Shown here: positions 57,909 through 64,000 of the stretch, in pieces
Layout: each line of letters starts with the position of its first letter
Position numbering within the stretch: the stretch's first letter is position 1
Translations under genes and position numbers: made by a program
The notes under the pieces: generated by a model
Databases searched by the model: none
Told to the model about the DNA's origin: nothing
What the model saw: the letters and a program-made list of their open reading frames with translations, nothing else
Assembly: GCA_036268295.1 (NCBI GenBank)
Contig: DATAUK010000047.1
Location: 106,784-170,783, forward strand
DNA: 64,000 nucleotides
Reading direction: 5' to 3'
DNA from: Mycobacteriales bacterium
GTDB lineage: Bacteria; Actinomycetota; Actinomycetes; JAFAQI01

Positions 57909-58891
57909 CGGCTCGATGCCACTGGCGGGGTCCCGTGGGTGTGAAAGGTGTCGATCGTCTTCAGCCCCCACGCCTGGCCCTTGGCGCGTTCGGTCGCGGT
58001 CCAGGAGATCGGTCGCCAGTCCGGGGCGAGCACCAAGCGAGCGCCTGCGTTGCACAGCTCGATCCGGTTGCCTCCGGGCTCCCAGACGTAGAGGAAGAAG
58101 GTCTGCTGGATCGCATGCTTGTGCGGTCCGGTCTCGATGTGGATGCCGGCCTCGAGGAAGACGTCGGCCGCACGAAGAATGTCCTCGCGCTGGTCGACGG
58201 CGAAGGCCACGTGATGTAGCCGTCCGCTCGAGCCGGTCCAGTCCGCGGTGTAGACCAGGTCGTAGGTCTTGTCGCTCACGTGGTACCAGACCGCGCTCGG
58301 CACACCGTCGTCACCCACGATCTGTTCGGTCAGCTGCGCGCCCAACACCTGCGGCATGAAGTTGACGATCGCCGGGACGTCGCGCGCGAGATAGTTGACG
58401 TGATCGATCCGCCGGATGTTCGCGCCGCGACCAGGAAACGGCTCGGCCTGGTTCTTCAATGCCGGCCGCTGATCCGCCGGCGCGACGTACCACTCGGACT
58501 CCCAATACAGCGCGAACTCGTGGCCGTCCGGGTCGGCGAACAGGTACGTCGGACCGATCCCGTGCTCGCCGTCGACCCAGCTGCCACCGAGCCCGGCGGC
58601 GTCGATCGCCGCGACGCGACGTTGCAGCGCATTCGGGCCGGCGGCTCGCAGCCAGGTCCGGCCGATCCCTGCCGCGGGCGCCTCGGTCACCTTCACCGTG
58701 AACGCCTCGTAGTCGTCCCATGAGTGCAGGTAGACCGAGCCATTCGCCCGGCCGACCTCCGACAGCGCCATCAGCCGGACGAAGAAGTCGACCGTCTGCT
58801 CGGGCACGGCGGTGAGGATCTCGACCGCGCCGACGTGAGCGATGTCGCGGCAGCGCTCGACGCCGAGGTCGGAAGAAGCCGAAGCGGTCAT
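57905..58891 (-). CDS. type-I extradiol ring-cleavage dioxygenase (catechol 2,3-dioxygenase-like, VOC superfamily)
   Basis: Two-domain VOC protein of 328 aa. Metal ligand contexts RIDHVNY, LHHVAFAV and FLYVWEPGGNRIE. Confidence 0.85.
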   Translation of the reverse strand: MTASASSDLGVERCRDIAHVGAVEILTAVPEQTVDFFVRLMALSEVGRANGSVYLHSWDDYEAFTVKVTEAPAAGIGRTWLRAAGPNALQRRVAAIDAAGLGGSWVDGEHGIGPTYLFADPDGHEFALYWESEWYVAPADQRPALKNQAEPFPGRGANIRRIDHVNYLARDVPAIVNFMPQVLGAQLTEQIVGDDGVPSAVWYHVSDKTYDLVYTADWTGSSGRLHHVAFAVDQREDILRAADVFLEAGIHIETGPHKHAIQQTFFLYVWEPGGNRIELCNAGARLVLAPDWRPISWTATERAKGQAWGLKTIDTFHTHGTPPVASSR

Positions 58892-59550
58892 CGATGCACC
58901 CGTGCGGCGGGGAGTGCCTGCAGTGCCTCGATCACGTTGTCGATGTGTGCCCGCATCGCTTGCGAGGCGGCGTCCGGGTCGCCCGCCACGATCGCGGCGA
59001 CGATCGCCTCATGTTGCGGCAGCGACACCGCCGGACGCCCGGGCAGCAACGCCAGCTGGAACTGGTGGCGGACCATCTGCCCGCGTAACTGCTCGATGAG
59101 ACGAGCGGCAGTCTCGTGTGCGGCGATCCGGCGGACGGCGCCGTGCAGCGCGGCGTTGAGATCGCTGTAGGCAAGCGGCTCCCCGGCCTTTGAGGCGACC
59201 CGCATGTCGCGGGTGATCTGCCGCAGCTCCGCGCGATCGGACTTCGTTGCCGATACGGCTGCCCGCGCAGCGCACAGTCCCTCCAACTCGCGCCGGACCT
59301 CGGTGATCTGGATCGCCTCGAGAAGCGACACGCTGCGGACCCGCGCGCCGCGATTGCGCTCCATCGACACCAGGCCCTGCGCCGACAGATGCTGAAGGGC
59401 AGTGCGGATCACGAAGCGGGTGGCCTCGAAGCGCTCGCACAGGTCGGCCTCGACCAGTCGCTGACCGGCGACGTACTCGCCGCGCAGGATCGCGTCGCGC
59501 AGTGAGTCTTCCGGGGCGGCGTCTGTTGTCATCTCCATCCCCTTCGTCAT
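58888..59550 (-). CDS. GntR-family (FadR/FCD-type) transcriptional regulator
   Basis: wHTH motif (LVEADLCERFEATRFVIRTALQHLSAQGLV) plus a helical FCD domain. The ATG at 59550 forms an ATGA overlap with the upstream aldolase stop. Confidence 0.85.
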   Translation of the reverse strand: MTKGMEMTTDAAPEDSLRDAILRGEYVAGQRLVEADLCERFEATRFVIRTALQHLSAQGLVSMERNRGARVRSVSLLEAIQITEVRRELEGLCAARAAVSATKSDRAELRQITRDMRVASKAGEPLAYSDLNAALHGAVRRIAAHETAARLIEQLRGQMVRHQFQLALLPGRPAVSLPQHEAIVAAIVAGDPDAASQAMRAHIDNVIEALQALPAARVHR

Positions 59551-60239
59551 CGGTCGGCATCCCAAGCCACGTACCTGACCTTAAGTTCCGCGACTAGTGG
59601 GCGGAGTGTATTGACATCAAGGCTCAGCTCCCCCGCTTCGTAGCGGCGTCGCGACTCGGCTTCTCGCAGCACCCGCTGCTCGCAGCCGGCCCGCACCGAT
59701 GCCGCCTGCTCGCGGGCGACCACGACGACCCCGTCGGCATCGGCCACGACGACGTCGCCCGGAGAAATCAGAGTGCCGTCGATCGAGACCGGTCGGTTCA
59801 CCGTGCCCGCCTGAGCTTTGACAGTGCCGTGGGCATGCACCGCCGCCGACCACGCCGGGAAGCGCGCAGCTTCGATCTCGGCGACGTCCCGGATCCCAGT
59901 GGTCGTGACCAGACCGACCACACCCCGAGTCTGCAGCGAGGTCGTAATCAGCTCACCGACGTAGCCGTCGAGGCACGGCGCGGTGGTGGTCAGCACGATG
60001 ATGTCGCCGGGCGCGGTCTGTTCGATAGCGAGATGCACCGTGAGGTTATCTCCTGGTGGGCAGAGCACGGTGACCGCGGTTCCCGCCGCGCGCGCACCCG
60101 GCCAGACCGGCCGGACTCGAGGACCGAGCAGACCGGTCCGACCGGCCGACTCATGCACGGTGGCGACGCCGTACGCGCCGAGATCCGCCACCAGGTCCGG
60201 CGCGGTCCGCGGTGGCGAGGTCACGACGACAGGTGTCAC
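59547..60239 (-). CDS. RraA-fold 4-carboxy-4-hydroxy-2-oxoadipate aldolase / oxaloacetate decarboxylase-like (LigK/GalC type)
   Basis: 230 aa. GELITTSLQTRGVVGLVTTTGIRD and VVADADGVVVV motifs of the RraA/aldolase family. GTGA overlap upstream. Confidence 0.75.
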   Translation of the reverse strand: MTPVVVTSPPRTAPDLVADLGAYGVATVHESAGRTGLLGPRVRPVWPGARAAGTAVTVLCPPGDNLTVHLAIEQTAPGDIIVLTTTAPCLDGYVGELITTSLQTRGVVGLVTTTGIRDVAEIEAARFPAWSAAVHAHGTVKAQAGTVNRPVSIDGTLISPGDVVVADADGVVVVAREQAASVRAGCEQRVLREAESRRRYEAGELSLDVNTLRPLVAELKVRYVAWDADR

Positions 60240-60964
60240 GACAGCACCGCACTCACCTGGGGGAAGACTCGTTGGTAGGCCTCGGCCTGACGGATCGCCG
60301 GTTCGCCGCCGTTGCGGACCGCTTGTACGCCGCGCCGCTCGCCGACATCGGTGTAGTAGCGGACCAGGTGTCCCTGTGATCCCATCTGCCGCATCGCCTT
60401 GAGCTTGCGCTCGAACACCGGGGTGATGTCTACCAGCACATCCGGCATGAACCCGCAGACCTCCGGCTGGTGCGGCTCGAACCGGAACACCGGAGGTGCC
60501 CCGATCGCCCGATGCGGTGACTCGTGGCCCAGCGCCTGGGCGATCATCCTGGCCCGCAACGTGATCTCGCCGGCCCGTGAGTGGTCGAGGTTGTGCGGGT
60601 CGGCGATCGAGTGGGTGAGGATGACCGCCGGCTGGTGCTCCCGCATCAGCTCGACGAGGGCGAACAGCGTCTCGTCATCGTCAGGCAACGGGTAGTCGCC
60701 GCGGTCGAGAAACGTCATCCGCGCGCCCAGCGCCTCACCAGCCGCGCTCGCCTCGTCGCGGCGGATTGCCTTCACCTTTTCAACCGTCATGCCTGGCTGT
60801 TTCCACGCCCCCTGCGACTCGCCTCGCTCACCGAAGGACAGGCAGACGACGTTGACCTCACCACCGGCGGCGACCACTGTCGCGATGTAGCCACCGGCAC
60901 GCCAGACGAAGTCGGCGGCATGTGCGCTGACGACGAGCATCGAGGGTGGCTGCCCGGCCATCAC
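60236..60964 (-). CDS. PIG-L/LmbE-family Zn hydrolase fold; candidate GalB-type 4-oxalomesaconate hydratase
   Basis: 242 aa. VVSAHAADFVWRAGG and HSIADPHNLDH motifs of the PIG-L family. The context next to a LigK/GalC-like aldolase supports the GalB-type call. Confidence 0.7.
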   Translation of the reverse strand: MMAGQPPSMLVVSAHAADFVWRAGGYIATVVAAGGEVNVVCLSFGERGESQGAWKQPGMTVEKVKAIRRDEASAAGEALGARMTFLDRGDYPLPDDDETLFALVELMREHQPAVILTHSIADPHNLDHSRAGEITLRARMIAQALGHESPHRAIGAPPVFRFEPHQPEVCGFMPDVLVDITPVFERKLKAMRQMGSQGHLVRYYTDVGERRGVQAVRNGGEPAIRQAEAYQRVFPQVSAVLS

Positions 60965-61920
60965 GCCGGCTCGCCATCGTCCGAGGCGCCGACGAGGGCG
61001 CGCGAGTTGGTGACGATCATCCGGGTGATCTCTGCGTCGGAGAACTCCGCCGCATGCAGCGCGTCGGCCATCAAGGCGAGGCCCGACTCGACCGGCGGAT
61101 TGTGCGGCTGCCCGAGGTCGGTGGTGACGACGCTTCGCTCATAACCGGTAGCCCGGATGTTGTGCACCATCTCCGGCCAGGCGATCTTTCCGGTGAGTGG
61201 TGTCGTGAAGCACCGCTCGAGGTAGGCGCCGAGGTCGGCGAGCATCCGCTGGTCTTCGACGGCGAGCGCCTGCTGCGGAAACTCCGGATGGGTGACCACA
61301 ATGCGGTTGACCCCGCTCTGAGCGGCGTCCTGGACCACGGCGATGATTTCCTGCCGGCCAAGGTGCCCGGTCGCCAGCACGAGGTCGTGATCCGCGATCA
61401 GGTCGAGAACTGCCCGGACCTCGGGCAGCACAGCACCATCCTCGTCGATGACATCGACCGGCGGTAGCTCCAAACCACGGCCGCGCAGCTCGTCCTGAAG
61501 CTCCAGCCACATCGGGCGAACCGCTCCTTCCGGCAGATCGAGCGCAGTACGACGGTGATTGGCGGCGTCCACGGTTGGCATCCATACGAACTGCGCGCCC
61601 TCCCGCGCTGCGATCTCGACGGCGAGCGGGTTGACGCCGCCGACCGCGGAGTTCAGAGCAATACCGCCGACCGCGTGGCATCCCGGCACGGCTGCAGTGA
61701 CCACGCTTGCCCGCTCGGCGGTGGGTACGTAGTGGCTTTTCAAGACGAAGCCGGCAAGCCCGACCTCGACACAGGCTCTGGCCAGGTCGAGGTCCGTCGT
61801 ACTCCGGACCATGACGTCCGGCGCGATGTGGACGTGAAGGTCATAGCTGCGACGAACGAGCTCGCGCGCCCACTCAGAGGGCTGCGCACCCGGCGGGAGC
61901 ATCGGGGCTGGCTTGGTCAC
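60961..61920 (-). CDS. amidohydrolase/PHP-like TIM-barrel metal hydrolase (DUF6282-like), function unknown
   Basis: 319 aa. N-terminal HxH motif (YDLHVHIAPD), later THPEF and TTDLGQ motifs. GTGA overlap with the ATPase gene. Confidence 0.6.
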   Translation of the reverse strand: MTKPAPMLPPGAQPSEWARELVRRSYDLHVHIAPDVMVRSTTDLDLARACVEVGLAGFVLKSHYVPTAERASVVTAAVPGCHAVGGIALNSAVGGVNPLAVEIAAREGAQFVWMPTVDAANHRRTALDLPEGAVRPMWLELQDELRGRGLELPPVDVIDEDGAVLPEVRAVLDLIADHDLVLATGHLGRQEIIAVVQDAAQSGVNRIVVTHPEFPQQALAVEDQRMLADLGAYLERCFTTPLTGKIAWPEMVHNIRATGYERSVVTTDLGQPHNPPVESGLALMADALHAAEFSDAEITRMIVTNSRALVGASDDGEPA

Positions 61921-63431
61921 GCCGCCGCCTCGATCACGCCGGTGTTGACCGCCTCAAGCAGCCGATGAATTGCCAGTCCCTCACCGGTCAGCTCACCAGC
62001 GACCTCACCGCGATAGAACACGACCACGCGGTGACACAGGTCGACGAGTTCCTTGTTGTCGGTGGAGCACAGCAACACCACCGCGCCCTGCTCGGCGATC
62101 GCCCGGATCAGTCGATGCATCTCATCCTTCGCACCGGTATCGACACCCCTGGTGGGATCGTCGAGCAGCAGGATCTGTGGTTCGAGCTCGAGCCATTTGG
62201 CGAAGACGACCTTCTGCTGGTTGCCACCGGACAGCGAGCCGGCCGAGGAGTCGACCGATCGCGCTTTGATCGTCAGTCGACGCGCCTGCTCGGCGGCACG
62301 CTCGCGGAGTTGCCGGCGACGGATCAGCACGCCATCACGGCGGAGTGCGACCGACCGCACCTGCGCGATGTTCTCCCAGAGCGACTTGTCGAGCATCAGA
62401 CCGGTTGCTCGCCGGTCGCCACTCACCAACGCGATTCCGGCGGCGACCGAGGCTCGGTGCGGCCGCGGCACCGGCGTGCCATCAGGGAGCAGCATGTGCC
62501 CGGCTTGCGGTCGCTCGAAGCCGGCCGCAAGCCGCAGCACCTCCTGATGGCCGGCGCCGAGCAACCCGGCAAGGCCGACGATCTCCCCGGGCGGGATGTC
62601 GAGGCTGACCGGGGCGTGATCCGCGACGACGGGCACGCGGTCAACCCGCAGCGATCCGCCCTCGGCAGCCGGCGCGACCGCGGCCACCGGACGAGGCAGC
62701 GATGAGCTGTCAGGACGATCGCCGAGCATCGCTTCGACGACCGACGCAATGGTCACGTCGCGGCGCTTCATCCGGCTCAGGACGGTGCGCCCGTCGCGAA
62801 GCACGGTGACCTCGTCGGAGACACTCAGCACCTCCTCCAGAATGTGCGAGACGAAGACCACGCCGGTGCCCCGCGCGCGCAGTGCGCCGACGATCCGCAT
62901 CAGGTTGTCGGTCGAGACGGCCTCGAGCGCCGACGTCGGCTCGTAGAGCACCAGCACCGTCGGGTCGACCAGCAGCGCCCGCGCGATCTCCACGAGCTGC
63001 TGATCCGCGAGCGTGAGGTCACCGAGCGGCCGATCCAGCCGCTTGAGCGACACGCCGACCTCATCGAGCACCGGCTCAGCGCGCCGCCGCATCACCGTCC
63101 GGTCGAGCCCACCAGCTCGGCGTGGCTCGCGGTTGACGAAGAGATTGGCCAGCACGCTCAGCTCCGGAAACAAGTTCAGCTCCTGGGACACCACAGCCAC
63201 TCCGCGACGCGCCGCATCGGCGGTGGTCGACAACCTGACCGGCTGGCCCTCCTGGAGCACGTCACCGGTATCCGGAGCGATCGAGCCGGTCAGAATCTTG
63301 ACCACGGTCGACTTCCCGGCACCGTTCTCGCCGAGCAGTGCGTGGACGGTCCCGGGCGCTACGGCGAAGTCGGTCGGATGAAGTGCAACGACTCCGCCGT
63401 AGCGTTTGCTGACACCTTTGGCTTCGAACAT
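61917..63431 (-). CDS. sugar-type (CUT2) ABC transporter ATP-binding protein, duplicated NBD
   Basis: 504 aa. Walker A GENGAGKST; second-half signature LSGGNQQKV; Walker B LLLDDPTRGVD. Confidence 0.9.
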   Translation of the reverse strand: MFEAKGVSKRYGGVVALHPTDFAVAPGTVHALLGENGAGKSTVVKILTGSIAPDTGDVLQEGQPVRLSTTADAARRGVAVVSQELNLFPELSVLANLFVNREPRRAGGLDRTVMRRRAEPVLDEVGVSLKRLDRPLGDLTLADQQLVEIARALLVDPTVLVLYEPTSALEAVSTDNLMRIVGALRARGTGVVFVSHILEEVLSVSDEVTVLRDGRTVLSRMKRRDVTIASVVEAMLGDRPDSSSLPRPVAAVAPAAEGGSLRVDRVPVVADHAPVSLDIPPGEIVGLAGLLGAGHQEVLRLAAGFERPQAGHMLLPDGTPVPRPHRASVAAGIALVSGDRRATGLMLDKSLWENIAQVRSVALRRDGVLIRRRQLRERAAEQARRLTIKARSVDSSAGSLSGGNQQKVVFAKWLELEPQILLLDDPTRGVDTGAKDEMHRLIRAIAEQGAVVLLCSTDNKELVDLCHRVVVFYRGEVAGELTGEGLAIHRLLEAVNTGVIEAAA

Positions 63432-63440
63432 CGACTCGAT

Positions 63441-64000
63441 CTAGCCGATCGCCGACAGCGGCTTGATGTACTTCTGCGGATCGGCGAGCTCTTTGTTAAC
63501 CTCAGCCTGGAAATACGACGTCCGGTTCGCGGCACTCTGTTGGCGCTGCTGGATCTGCTGGATGTTGGCCTTGTCGACCGTCAGGTATCCGGGGTTCCAC
63601 CAGCCGGACGGCAGCGGCGTGCCTTTCAGTGCATGCTCCGCGAGCAGGTCGACCGCGATGTAGCCCTTGAGCCAGTGCTCAGGAGAGACGAGCGCCTGAA
63701 CGTCGCCTGCGGCCACTCCCGCGAGGGAGTTCGGGTCGAGATCATCGGCACCGACGACGTAATGCTTGCCGGTCTTCTTCTCGATCTCATACAGCGATGC
63801 TGCGTCCTGGCTGCCGGGCCCGACATAAGCCAGCGCGTTGGGATGCGACTGGACCGCCGAGCTCCACGCACTGAAGTTTGTCGACGGCTCCTGGGTCGAA
63901 TTGAAGTTAACGAAGCTCACGCTCGGTCGCGCCTTCTTCAGGGTGTCCTGGAAGCCCTGATTGCGAGCCGTCAATACCGGCAGACCTGGGGTGTCCGTGC
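63441..64000 (-). CDS. periplasmic-binding-protein (RbsB-like) ABC substrate-binding protein, 5'-truncated by the window edge
   Basis: The C-terminal 177+ aa match type-I PBP sugar binders (VVGADDLDPNSLAGVAAGDVQALVSPEHWLKGY). The reading frame stays open to the window end. Confidence 0.75.
   Translation of the reverse strand, partial: TDTPGLPVLTARNQGFQDTLKKARPSVSFVNFNSTQEPSTNFSAWSSAVQSHPNALAYVGPGSQDAASLYEIEKKTGKHYVVGADDLDPNSLAGVAAGDVQALVSPEHWLKGYIAVDLLAEHALKGTPLPSGWWNPGYLTVDKANIQQIQQRQQSAANRTSYFQAEVNKELADPQKYIKPLSAIG

Overview
This is 64 kb of high-GC chromosome, almost certainly Actinomycetota. The lineage call rests on a mycothiol-type formaldehyde dehydrogenase, an F420 reductase, a glnA2-glnE neighbourhood, and frequent GTG starts with 4-nt start/stop overlaps. 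I call about 58 protein-coding genes, one pseudogene, one structured RNA (RNase P RNA, minus strand, about 54666-55050), two hairpin terminators and a few repeats. All functional calls come from motif recognition by eye; no searches were run.

The core metabolism genes are an omega-aminotransferase with mmsA, korAB, glnA2-GATase-glnE, nadE, panB, npdG and a mscR-like ADH. Between these blocks lie accessory genes. They include a serpin lipoprotein, ABC-2 and FtsX-type exporters, two two-component systems, a GH114 hydrolase and a long GT2. They also include a PAS-GGDEF-EAL/Fur/aquaporin string, a sulfotransferase next to a beta-helix protein, and a histone-H1-like Lys/Ala repeat protein.

I saw no CRISPR array, transposase, integrase, phage module or recognisable defence system. 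Many of the long track ORFs are antisense or upstream-extension artefacts typical of GC-rich DNA, and I trimmed the starts accordingly.

The most interesting observations are:
- A minus-strand operon (55844-64000) with seven genes chained by 4-nt overlaps. It looks like a ring-cleavage lower pathway built from non-canonical parts.
- An APC permease fused to an OB-fold domain, divergent from a KdpD/KdpE-like pair that has no kdpFABC and no KdpD sensor domain.
- A double-FtsX permease with two different ATPases, translationally coupled to a secreted GH114 hydrolase.
- Two hairpin repeats with conserved arms and a variable spacer that bracket rnpB and prx.
- A glutamine amidotransferase inserted between glnA2 and glnE.

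None of these is proven to be a novel system from sequence alone.
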